This document shows, piece by piece, positions 21,908-32,808 of a stretch of DNA of 34,583 nt (its first letter is position 1; each line of letters begins with the position of its first letter). The translations under genes and the position numbers were made by a program. Source of the stretch: Octopus bimaculoides. Lineage: Eukaryota. Location: positions 7,201,892 to 7,236,474 of the forward strand of contig NC_068996.1 of NCBI RefSeq assembly GCF_001194135.2. Direction: 5' to 3'. Under the pieces are notes generated by a model, which did not search any database, was not told where the DNA came from, and saw nothing but the letters and a program-made list of their open reading frames with translations.

Positions 21908-23320
21908 ATCATCACCATCATCATCATCGTTTAACGTCCGCTTTCCATGCTAGCATGGGTTGGACGATTTGACTGAGGACTTGTGAACCAGATGGCTACA
22001 CCAAGCTCCAATCTGATTTGGCAGAGTTTCTACAGCTGGATGCCCTTCCTAATGCCAACCACTCCGAGAGTGTAGTGGGTGCTTTTACGTGCCAGTCCAG
22101 CGGCACTGGCAACGATCTCGCTCGAATGTCTTTTCACGTGCCAGGAAGGCAACTTTGGTAATGATCATGCTCAAATGGTGCTATTTACGTGCCACCGGCA
22201 CGGAAGCCAGACAGCTGGTGCTTTGGCAACGATCACTCTTAGATGGTGCTCTTAGTGATTTACTGGTACTGGTNNNNNNNNNNNNNNNNNNNNNNNNNNN
22301 NNNNNNNNNNNNNNNNNNNNNNNNNNNNNNNNNNNNNNNNNNNNNNNNNNNNNNNNNNNNNNNNNNNNNNNNNNNNNNNNNNNNNNNNNNNNNNNNNNNN
22401 NNNNNNNNNNNNNNNNNNNNNNNNNNNNNNNNNNNNNNNNNNNNNNNNNNNNNNNNNNNNNNNNNNNNNNNNNNNNNNNNNNNNNNNNNNNNNNNNNNNN
22501 NNNNNNNNNNNNNNNNNNNNNNNNNNNNNNNNNNNNNNNNNNNNNNNNNNNNNNNNNNNNNNNNNNNNNNNNNNNNNNNNNNNNNNNNNNNNNNNNNNNN
22601 NNNNNNNNNNNNNNNNNNNNNNNNNNNNNNNNNNNNNNNNNNNNNNNNNNNNNNNNNNNNNNNNNNNNNNNNNNNNNNNNNNNNNNNNNNNNNNNNNNNN
22701 NNNNNNNNNNNNNNNNNNNNNNNNNNNNNNNNNNNNNNNNNNNNNNNNNNNNNNNNNNNNNNNNNNNNNNNNNNNNNNNNNNNNNNNNNNNNNNNNNNNN
22801 NNNNNNNNNNNNNNNNNNNNNNNNNNNNNNNNNNNNNNNNNNNNNNNNNNNNNNNNNNNNNNNNNNNNNNNNNNNNNNNNNNNNNNNNNNNNNNNNNNNN
22901 NNNNNNNNNNNNNNNNNNNNNNNNNNNNNNNNNNNNNNNNNNCATGTCCATACTAGCGCAATCGTCTCTCTTGCACACCACAACTGATGCTTCTTATGTT
23001 CAACTTTTCCCTCAAGATACTTACACTCTGTCGGGTATGCACACTGACATTACTCATCCATCGGAGCATACTGGCTTCATTCCTTGTGAGCTTACGCATG
23101 TCCTCAGCAGTCACGACCCATGTTTCACTGCCATGTAGCATGGCTGTTCGTACACATGCATCATACAGTCTGCCTTTTACTCTGAGTGAGAGGCCCTTTG
23201 TCGCCAGCAGAGGTAAGAGCTCTCTGAACATTGCCCAGGCTATTCTTATTCTAGTAGCTACACTTTCAGTGCACCCACCCCCACTATTAACTTGGTCACC
23301 CAGATATCAGAAGCTATTAA
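21908..23320 (-). mobile_element. 5'-truncated RTE LINE (same lineage as 1877-3080) spanning the assembly gap
   Basis: Minus translation NSF*YLGDQVNSGGGCTESVATRIRIAWAMFRELLPLLATKGLSLRVKGRLYDACVRTAMLHGSETW..ERRLR (23320-22945). The shared (GAT)n tail lies at 21908-22090. Confidence 0.88.
22274..22941. other. Assembly gap (668 N)
   Basis: Run of N. The four long X-containing ORFs here are artefacts. Confidence 1.
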
Positions 23321-24599
23321 CTACGCCCATATTTTGTTATATGCTAAGCCACTTGATTTTAAATTGAATTAATATTCAATTTATCACCCTATCTATAACT
23401 TCCTAGTTAACCTGCCTTTGATATTGCTAGTTAACCTGCCTTTGATATTGCTATATATATATATATATACATATATATATAATCTGCCAGCCAAAGGGTA
23501 AAGATCCTATAAGTGTCCTTAAATTGCTTTTAATAAAGATTTGAGTGTAGTGGCTTTAATAATAAAGATGTTTTTTCCCCAAACTTTCCCATCTGGTCAG
23601 TAACAACCAGTATTATGCATGCATGCAATCCTAAGCACCTGTATGTATCCACTTTCCCATTGCTGGTTTTAACTTCAGAATTCTAGCTTTATTAGTAATG
23701 TTGTCTACCCACTCTTTCCATCAAATTAAGATCTCCATGGTATCTCCAAATAGGAATTCTATAATTCTGTAACATTTAACAACAAAACCATACTTCTATA
23801 AATTTAAAGAATGTTCATTATTTTATGTGATGGGATAACCTCAAGCTATTTAGTATTATTAATGTGATATGAAAATACACACACACACACACACATGATT
23901 AAAATCATGTGAAGGTAACTCTCTCTCTCTTTTTCAGAGATATTTTTAATCTTCATCAATTAATTGACTTATTGTAAAATTCTGAATTTATCCCTCTGTG
24001 GTCTAGGATAATCTTGTACCAACAGTGGTGTGCTGCCTCTCCCCTTCTGTGACGTTTCCCACCAGGGCTGCAGTATGGTCCATGTGGACTGTCAGTGGTC
24101 TATATTAGTTTTGGTTGATCAAATTGAGTTTTACTCCCTTCCATGTTATATAATGAAATTAAAAATAAATGAGGAGAATCATTCATGGTGATTTTTCTCT
24201 TGAATTTTGTGAACCACCTTTCTGGAAAAGGTTTTACATATCTGTTTAGCCTTAGGATTCCTAATCAGGGAATAAACCTAATCCCATAGAAGATAAAAAT
24301 TTACTGGACAAAGAATAAATATATTTGCTGCTTCTTTCATTGATTTACTGTTTTATTTTACATACCAGCATGGTTTAGACAGCGAGTTATTGAGATAGGA
24401 TTTTATAGTCAGATGGTCTTCCTGCCACTGGCCTGTACTTGTTCTTCAAGTAATAGATCCTTTATTCCAGAGGTCTTCAAAAACACAGTAGAAATGGTCA
24501 TAATGTCAGCAAAGAATGTCAATGTTATTGTTGTCTTGCTGAAGCAGTGACAAGCTTTGAACATTAACATTCGTTCTTGTGTGTATACACACATACCTA

Positions 24600-24797
24600 A
24601 CTGTCTCTGTTTATACACATATACACATTAATCTACCAACCTATACACACTATACTTCTATTGTCTGTACACATATATATACTTCTATTTGTCTATACAC
24701 ATACATACACTTCTATCTATTTGTCTATACACATACATACTTCTCTCTATTTGTCTATACACATACATACACTTCTCTCTATTTGTCTATACACATA
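24600..24797. repeat. 32-bp minisatellite (CTATTTGTCTATACACATACATACACTTCTAT), continuing at 26048-26210
   Basis: Several well-conserved units at 24655-24797. A unit is split at its TA by the transposon and resumes as TAcatacacttct at 26048. Confidence 0.88.
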
Positions 24798-26047
24798 CAG
24801 AGGGGTGGGGGGCAGAGAGGACGGACAATTTTTTGAAAATTTCACAAAATCATTAATTTTAGCTGCAAACAAATTTTGACATAAATGAGTTCATATTGAA
24901 TTAGCGTTTGTCAAAATCAAGTGTGAAAACAATATCCATCTTGTGGTGTCCGTCTTCATTGATGCATTTCTGAAGGCATTCTTGGAAGTTGGCCCCATTT
25001 TCTCCAACAATGCTCTGTCGATTTGGGCAACTTCCACACAAATAGCTTCCTTCAAATCACCCAATGTATGGGGCTTATGCACATACATACATGCCTTGAG
25101 GTTTCTCCACAAGAAATAATCACACATGGACAAATCAGGGAACTGAGAGAGCCAAGAAATGACAGCAAACCTGGAAATGAGGCGGTCATCAAAGAGAGGG
25201 TGAAGAACGTCCATTGATGTTCTGGCTGTGTGGGCCATTGCCCCATCCTGATGAAACCACACACGTTAAATAGGCATATGTTATCATAATTCAGGCACAA
25301 AAAAGTTGTTTATCATCTCAATGTCATGCTTGGAGTTCACAGTAACAGTATTTCCATTATTGTCTTAAAAAAAGTAAGGAACAATGACAGCAGCTTTTTA
25401 ACAGCACACTAAACCATCACTTTTGGGCTGTGCAGTTCTCTCAGATTTTCAAGAGCCCAATGACAACCATTTTCTTGATTCACCATACCATTGAGATGAA
25501 GATGAGCTTCATCTTTCCTTAACAAAATGCGGTTGTCATTTGCCTCAAAAATTGCTTCCATCTGATGTGTGAAGTTAAGCCACTGTGCATAGTCCCATGG
25601 TTTCACCTGTTGCCCAATAACCAATTTGTACAGGTGGAAATGCAGGTCTTCATACAAAATATGCCTTACTGATCGATTACCAATGCCAAGTTCAGTGGAA
25701 TGCCTCTGAGCAGAGTGATTCAGACTCCATATCAAAACTATCTATTTGTTTATACACATACATACACTTCTATCTATTTGTCTATACACATACATACATT
25801 TCTCTTCATTTGTCTATATTCCACATTCCACATTTTCCAGGGTCCGTACCATTCATGGCACCCCCACTGGTCTATATACATTAGTGTGCCTTGTGTAGGA
25901 AATGCATTCACCCAGTGTAAGATTGTGTTATGGGTGGGAACAGCCATGGCTTCACTTGAAAAGAAAAAAAAATGTTAAGACACCACGGACAAAATGGGAC
26001 TGAGTAACAGCCATCTCAAAAACGTCCATCCTCTCTGCCCCATCCTG
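24798..26047 (-). mobile_element. Full-length defective Tc1/mariner-superfamily DNA transposon, DD41D (rosa-type)
   Basis: TA|CAGAGGGGTGGGGGGCAGAGAGGACGGACAATTTTTTGA on the left and its imperfect inverse ..AAAAACGTCCATCCTCTCTGCCCCATCCTG|TA on the right. TA duplicated at 24796-7 and 26048-9. 1,250 bp long. Confidence 0.9.
24891..25935 (-). pseudogene. Disrupted DD41D transposase
   Basis: Fragments VPTHNTILHWVNAF..RTLENVE, SAQRHSTELGIGNRSVRHIL..HFHLYKL, KDEAHLHLNGMVNQEN, HSPKVMV, WFHQDGAMAHTA..PDLSMCDYFLW. I count 41 residues between the QD aspartate and the CD aspartate. Stops, frameshifts and an 82-bp insertion are present. Confidence 0.88.
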
Positions 26048-26269
26048 TACATACACTTCTATCTGTCTACAATCTTTACACTTTTATATATGTCTATAGA
26101 CATACATAAACTTTTATATATGTCTATACACATATACTACTATTTGTCTATACACATTCACACACATCTGTTTATACACATACATACACATCCACACCTA
26201 TCTGTCTACACACATTTCTCAACACACATGCACACACACACACACACACTAGCACACATACATTTTCAA

Positions 26270-26375
26270 CAAACTTCCTGTATTTTCCATCTACCAAATT
26301 CACTCACAAATGTTGACTAAGATGCCATGTAATGGGAATGAACCTGAAACTACTTGACTGCAAAAGTAAAACTCA
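26270..26375 (-). mobile_element. SINE family A-type head fragment
   Basis: ttttccatctaccaaattcactcacaa..gatgccatgtaatgggaatgaacctgaaactac. Confidence 0.6.
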
Positions 26376-26576
26376 ACTATACACACATGCATTTGCTTAC
26401 CTGAAAAATTAAACATTCTCTGATCAACCTTAATGAAATTGTTCCGTTTCCTTTTCTTTACATCTATGGCAGTTATGCATTTCATTGCATGTAATGGGGT
26501 AAAGTGAAACGCATTAAAGCTGAGAGGGGAGAAATGACAGAAAATGGGTTGATACTCACTGTTATAGACTCTAGTT

Positions 26577-26968
26577 GTGGAGGCGCAATGGCCCAGTGGT
26601 TAGGGCAGCGGACTCGCATCCATAGGATCACGGTTTCGATTCCCAGACCGGGCGTTGTGAGTGTTTATTGAGCGAAAACACCTAAAGCTCCACAAGGCTC
26701 CGGCAGGGGATGGTGGTGAACCCTGTAGTACTCTTCCACCACAACTTTCTCTCACTCTTACTTCCTGTTTCTGTTGTGCCTGTAATTCAAAGGATCAGCC
26801 TTGTCACACTGTGTCACGCTGAATCTCCCCGAGAACTACGTTAATGGTGCACGTGTCTGTGGAGTGCTCAGCTACTTGCACATTAATTTCACGAGCAGGT
26901 TGTTCCGTTGATCGGATCAACTGGAACCCTCGACGTCGTAAGCGACGGAGTGCCAACAACAACAACAA
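26577..26968 (+). mobile_element. Full-length young tRNA-derived SINE (family E) with (CAA)n tail and 10-bp TSD
   Basis: Head ggaggcgcaaTGGCCCAGTGGttagggcagcgg (A-box) and GGTTTCGATTCCC (B-box-like). Ends gacggagtgccaacaacaacaacaa. TSD GACTCTAGTT (26567-76) / GACTGTAGTT (26969-78). CpGs retained. Confidence 0.9.
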
Positions 26969-27054
26969 GACTGTAGTTATATAAAATGAATAAACAGGAT
27001 GTTTTCCTACTTGTGTCCTATTATCCTTCTGCCCATTTCTCTAAAATTCTTTAA

Positions 27055-27271
27055 CCCTTTAGCATTCAGATTATTCTATCAAATGTATTACTTATTTATT
27101 CACATTGTTTTCAATTAATCATACATTATTTTATAGCTTTGAAATTTTGATGTGATTGTATATATTTAAAATGGCATTGAAGGGTAGGTATGATAGGCTG
27201 GATCTGGTTGGTTAGAACACAAAGCAGGTAGTATATTTGAGCTGGATATAGCTGGTTTAAATGCTAAAGAG
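27055..27271. mobile_element. TTAA MITE, second family
   Basis: TTAA|CCCTTTAGCATT ... AATGCTAAAGAG|TTAA (11/12 inverted match). Confidence 0.85.
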
Positions 27272-27275
27272 TTAA

Positions 27276-27458
27276 CCCTTTTGTTACCATATTTCTACTG
27301 AAATACACTGTTTCAGTTAATTTTAAAATTAAGGAAGAATTTATTAAAATAATTTGGTCATTATTAAGATGGTGTTTAGAACATTTTAATTTAGATCACC
27401 AAGAAGTTTGTGCTATAGAACCAGGGAAGTGGTCATGGGTGGATTAGTGTCAAAAGAA
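27276..27458. mobile_element. TTAA MITE (14941 family, reversed), sharing a TTAA with the previous MITE
   Basis: TTAA|CCCTTTTGTTACCATATTTC ... gtgtcaaaagaa|TTAA. The interior resembles the reverse complement of 14941-15161. Confidence 0.75.
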
Positions 27459-27502
27459 TTAACAGATTTTGTCTTTTAGAATTTGCCATGTCCACTTTCC
27501 TT

Positions 27503-27690
27503 GAACCTTTTTGTACAAACTAACCTCTGGTTCTGTAATGCTAAAATTTTTCATTTTAAAACATTTAAATTAAATCCTTCCATCACAGTTTTATGTAAAA
27601 AAAAAAAAATAAAAATAAAAATCTAAACAGCTTAATAATGAAAAAAAAAATCTTATTAAATCTCTGTATTTTTGATTATTTTCAAATGTA
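27503..27690. mobile_element. Eroded TTAA MITE copy (14941 family)
   Basis: ctctggttctgtaatgc..aaattaaatccttccatcac..cagcttaataatg..ttattaaat is colinear with 14941-15161 and 28101-28318. The termini are eroded. Confidence 0.5.
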
Positions 27691-27938
27691 TAGATTTTAT
27701 TTCATTAGAGACGTAATCAGGAAGAACTTAAACCAATAGTTCACATATGGTGCACCATGGGGCAGTGGGAGGTGGTATCTTGGTGCACTGCTAATTTCTT
27801 TAAAGAATACAATTTCAGGCATCAGAAAATCCATTCTAAATGATGAACGTCTTGCAAAACATGTTATTTGTAATTATCTTATACACAAATATAATTAGAT
27901 GTAACAAGATAATAGATTTTTTATATTTTAAATTTTAA

Positions 27939-28384
27939 CTTTTCATTACCATATTTCTGTTGAAATACATTGTCTTTGTGTCAATTAATTTTGAAAAATA
28001 ATGAATTTATTAAAAGTACTTTGTCATTACTAAGCTGCTGCTTTGGAAAATAAACTCAACAGGAAATTTTGATGAGCAGTGTAAATATAGATGATGTTAA
28101 CTCTTTTGATTACCAACCTGCCTAAAACTGCCTTTGGTTTTATGGAACAAACTTTTTGTTTAAAATCACCTAAATTAAAGCCTTCTATTAAAATTTCATG
28201 TTGATTTATGTTCCAAACACCAACTTCATAATGAGAGTTATTTTATCAAATTCTTCAGTATTTCCAAAATTAATTGAAATAAAGGTAGTGTTTCAGCAGA
28301 AATAGGCTAACTAAATGGTTAAAACAGGACATTTGTATTATGGAACCAGCAGCAGCAGTATCATATAGGCTAGTATCTATAGGG
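27939..28384. mobile_element. Reverse-oriented TTAA MITE containing a nested forward copy of the same family (28101-28318)
   Basis: The outer copy starts TTAA|cttttcattaccatatttctgttgaaatac and resumes after 28322 as aacaggacatttgtattatggaaccag..ataggg. The inner copy is bounded by TTAA at 28097-28100 and 28319-28322. Confidence 0.75.
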
Positions 28385-28654
28385 TCATATTTTTCCATGC
28401 GAAGTGCACCAGTAATTCTGATCATAATACTAGTGTGCTTTGAGAACCATCAACTTGTACCTTAGTCTGACAAGTAGATGGATAATCTAATGATTAAGTC
28501 AATTACTTTATTTCATCAAAGATAGCTATAAGTCAACCCAAATGTGTCTGTCTCTTCTGAACTCAAATCCCACTTCTAATCACATTAGCACTGAAAAAAT
28601 TATTGACTTACAAAACAACAAAATGCAGATTAGCCCATACATGGCTTTATCATT

Positions 28655-28689
<35 letters not shown>

Positions 28690-28690
<1 letters not shown>

Positions 28691-28877
28691 TGGTGATGAT
28701 GCCATGTAAAAAGTACTCAGTATACTTTGTAAAGTGGTTGGTGTTAGGACAAGCATCTGGCTGTAGAAACTAAGCCAAAACAGACTATGGAACCTGGTGT
28801 GGCTTCTGGCCTTGCTAGCTCCTGTCAAGCCATCCAACCCATGCCAGCATGGAAAATGGATGTTAAATGATGATGAT
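28690..28877 (+). mobile_element. RTE 3'-tail element
   Basis: gccatgtaaaaagtac..gtggttggtgttagga..gtagaaac..ccatccaacccatgccagcatggaaaatggatgttaaatgatgatgat. Confidence 0.8.
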
Positions 28878-29574
28878 AGATAATCATCATTTACCATCCC
28901 TTTTTCTATGCTGGCCATGATATATTGTTGATGTCAGGAAAATTTATAGACTTCAAGAAAATGTAAAATAATTCTATTTTGAAATGGGAAACCTCAAAGA
29001 AGATAAAGGTATAAATGTAGGTTTTAAAAAACCCCTTTGGATAGACAAATAATCAGTTTCTAAAAGGATCTGAGAAATTTGAGGGATTTCTTTGGTTTAG
29101 TAGTAGTTGCTTGTCATGCCCACAGAAAATGTGGGTTCATATCCAATCACCAGCCTTTGAGTTTTTCTGAAAGTGCTTTTAACTTAATATTTACATGCTG
29201 TTGTTTATAGCTCTATCTGCTTCAAGAACTACTGTTCCAAAAAAGAATACATTATATATATGTGTATGTATGTATATAATGTATGTATGATCATCATTTA
29301 AAGACTGTCACAGTGTCCAACCTATGCCAGCCTGGAAACCAGAGTCTGATGAGGACTGCACATACATCAATGTTTACTTTGATGTAATCTCTATGGCTGA
29401 ATGCATTTCCTAAGGTCAGACAATGCAAATTCAGTTACCTGATCAGGGAAAAATTACCTTCTCCTTGAATTAGCATGTAAATGTCTGAGCATTCTACTGA
29501 CATGTGTCCCTTAACATTATTCCCAAACAGAATTTGCAATGTGACAAGATTATTCATTAGAATTTCAGGCACAA

Positions 29575-29715
29575 TCCATCTGACAGCTTTCTGCTATAGC
29601 TTCCATTTATCCAGGTATGGGCAGCCTGAGGCTACAGAAAATGATGTTTGCCCAAGTTGCCAGTAGGGAATTTGAACCTGAGACCTCATGGTTGTGAAGT
29701 GAACTTTCAACCATT
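29575..29715 (-). mobile_element. SINE family A-type head fragment
   Basis: gcagcctgaggctacagaaaatgatgtttgcccaag..gaatttgaacctgagacctcatggttg. Confidence 0.6.
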
Positions 29716-30627
29716 TGTCCCTACTGTACCTGCCTACCAATTTATTTATTTGCCTATTTACTTATCTACCTACTGATCTGCCTATCTATCTACCAATCTG
29801 TCTGTCATATCGAGCTGTCCATAACTTTCAATCATATGTAATGGTAAAATCCCATTTATGGGTCACCCTATACTTGCTTAAATTTACAGTGCTGTCATGG
29901 CTCTATGTTGGCAGTTATTTTACCATTGTGTGGAAGCTGTATGTGTCAGCTGGATTTGTCTATTTAAAGTTCATTGATTTAACTTTGGACACAGTGCATA
30001 TGTCTGGTGGTAACAGGATACAACTACATGACAAAGTAATTCATTTCAGCAATTTATATTACATAACAATACCTTTCTTATTGACTCAAGAAACGACTTT
30101 GCACATGTGGAGATATTTTATTTTATTTAATATTACCATTTGTGAACAATAGCTTCATTAGTTACAGGTTTTATTCAGGCCAGGGAGAAAAAGGAATGGG
30201 TATAAGAGTTAGTGCAGTACAAGGGAGATTTGAAGACAATATGAAGGATTGAAATGAGACGAGTGGGTTTAGTGGACCTGACTAGAGTTGGCATGGCATC
30301 AGCTAGCTCAGTGTTGAGTAGCTTTGTGGTGTTGGTCATATTAGGAGTAGTTGCAGAGATTGTATCTTGAGACAGCAGTATATATGTATGATTGTGTAGA
30401 TGACATCCCTGGATAATTTCTCTTCGTCCTTATGCTGCGTTGCCAAATTTATTTTTGTGCATAACATCGAGGAGTTCAAATCTTTGATAAATCCAATAGC
30501 CATGTTAAAGACAATGTTCACTTTATTCATGAATGTAATGACTGGATCATGTCAAAAGTTAACACTGCCAAAGATCAGATTAACCCCTTTGTCACTATAT
30601 TTGCATATGGATGAGTTTATCATTTTT

Positions 30628-30667
<40 letters not shown>

Positions 30668-32334
30668 TTGTGTCCTGATATTGTTTATGTACTTTGCATT
30701 AGACAATATCATTGCTTAGGCAATGGTGTCTTTCTTCATTCCTGACGTAAGAACGTGTATGGATATTGAGTAGTTCTTAGAAAACCACCTCAACAAGCCT
30801 TATTCAACCCATACTGTCAAAGAAAAACATGGACATTAAAATGAAGCTGATTCCATTTCCATTTTTAATTGAATCTTCAATCTAGTTATTCCACTTTCAA
30901 TTTTCTGTCAATTTATTTATTTATCAATTTAATTAATTTATTCATCTACTTAGCTTATTATTTATTTGTTTTTGTATATTCAAAGTTGTTGCTCCCTTCT
31001 ATCTTGAGCAGATTTAAATATTGATTGAGTTTATGTCTTCACAATACGGATAAAGTCTTGATTTAAAGTTTTCTTGCTCGACACATTGTCTTTGTGATTG
31101 CTTTATATGGCAGAGTGAATGTCAAAAGCTACAATGAGCTGCTAAGATGACATTTTTCATATGAGTGTTCCAGCACTCTAGATAAGAAAAACTTGATGAA
31201 ATAATAATTCTTCCATTCTCATATTGTCTTTGGGACAGCTATTCAATCAAATGCGAGAGAATTCTTTGTGAATCTTCTAAGATTAAGATGGATATAATTC
31301 TATCTCAGTCTTAATCCTGAGTTTGATTTAAAAAGAAATTCAATTTGTTTTATATCTTTTGTTATTGTTTATGTTTCTTTGTTTTTCGTTATTTCTAATT
31401 TTTGTTCTTGTTTGTCTTTTATATTGTAAAAAAAAAAAAAAACCTGGGTTGATTGTGTATCTCTAAATTCAAATTGTTTGAACAAATTGGTTTACACTAC
31501 TGCCATTCTTTTCTATTCTGTATCCTTCATCAAGGCATCTAAATCTGTTTCTTCAAGCTTGCCTCATACTACACAAAATCGAATTCCACTCCTATTTAAT
31601 GGTTGATTAAATAGTAAGAAAAAAATCCCAAAACATGCACACACACACACACACTGAGCCAACAAGAGATTCTCTGTGTTGTTGCTTGAGCTACTGGAAG
31701 TATCAACCCAGTATGTCTCAAACAGTGATGTTAAATGGGTTGTAGTATCCCCACTTTCTTAAACATGACACAGCTTTGACTACAATTAACACTAATATAT
31801 AAGGTGGTCACACTATGCCACTGGCATCACATCTCACTCCCCTCTACTGTTTTAGATTTGGAGTGCATCTTGTATAGTAATGTTGTTCTCAACAGGGTGC
31901 ATAACTCTGCAATCAAGGAGCCACTCCAAATTGAGCTGCTACTTCTCTGCAATGAGAGCTCACATCTCAAATATTACAGACATGTGGCTAGAACATTGTA
32001 GGAAATAATTGCAAGACAGATTCTTCAAGCTGAGCCAATTGGTAAACCAAGATTGAGAAGGTTGGATAATATTCATAGTCTCATTTAGTTGTACTCGGTA
32101 AAGTGTAATGATGGTTGCTTCTGATTGGACACCATGAAAGAAGTGCCCAAGGACTCTGCTGTTACAACCCTCCCAGGAATAGTGGATGAAGAACATGGAT
32201 GAATGGATGGTCATGGCCGGACTGAGTTCACTTATAGGTCTGTTCAGTCATGGTTAAATGATGTTAATTAACACCAAAAAATAATTGGCCAAACAAATTA
32301 ACCATTTTACTTTTTGAAGCTTGTTTGGAATCTC

Positions 32335-32700
32335 CTCTTTTATCTTTTACATGTTTCATTCGTTGGACTGTGGCATTGCTGGGGCACCACCTTGAAGGCT
32401 TTAGCCAAACAAATTAGTTCTCTGTACTTATTTTAAAGCTTGGCACTTATTCTGGTAGTCCCTTTTGTCAAATCACTGTTTTGGGAATGTAAATGAGACA
32501 CCAATTATTGAGCAATGATGGGGAAACACATGCACACACACACACTTTATATATATATTACAGACTCCCAAATTCACTTGCAAGACATTGGTTGACCCTG
32601 GGCTAAATTAGAAAAAACTTACCCAAGGTGCTGGGCAGTAGTTTTAACCCTAAAATCCTGTGACTGGTAAGAAAGCTTCTCAACCACATAGCCATACCTA
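32335..32700 (-). mobile_element. Old near-full-length SINE family A
   Basis: ttttacatgtttcattcgttggactgtggcattgctggggcaccacc..cttacccaaggtgctg..cttctcaaccacatagccataccta is colinear with 5610-6021. Confidence 0.75.
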
Positions 32701-32777
32701 TGCCATGTGTATGTATATATATGTATTCATATGTACATATATGTATACGTACATGTGTGTGTGTGTGTGTGTGTGTA

Positions 32778-32808
<31 letters not shown>

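Noticed and set aside
22089-23138. 237-349-aa ORFs
   Set aside because: They consist mostly of X from the 668-N gap. The flanks are RTE sequence or its antisense.
23915-23965. Strong polypyrimidine-CAG acceptor as AC9 exon 2
   Set aside because: The phase-1 continuation gives EIFLIFIN* with no similarity to the expected xKTYFI. Other acceptors tried (15494, 16405, 21128, 33213) also hit stops quickly.
24600-24797. CRISPR-like 32-bp repeats (also the 80-bp-spaced motif at 33.5 kb)
   Set aside because: The units are directly adjacent without unique spacers, the context is eukaryotic, and there are no cas genes.
26577-26655. Possible tRNA gene
   Set aside because: A and B boxes are present but the acceptor stem and anticodon arm do not pair cleanly, and it continues into a SINE body with tail and TSD.
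31800-32250. GC-richer block that might be an exon or LINE remnant
   Set aside because: Stops in the frames examined and only a faint DWTP*KKCPR resemblance to LINE C-termini, not enough to call.
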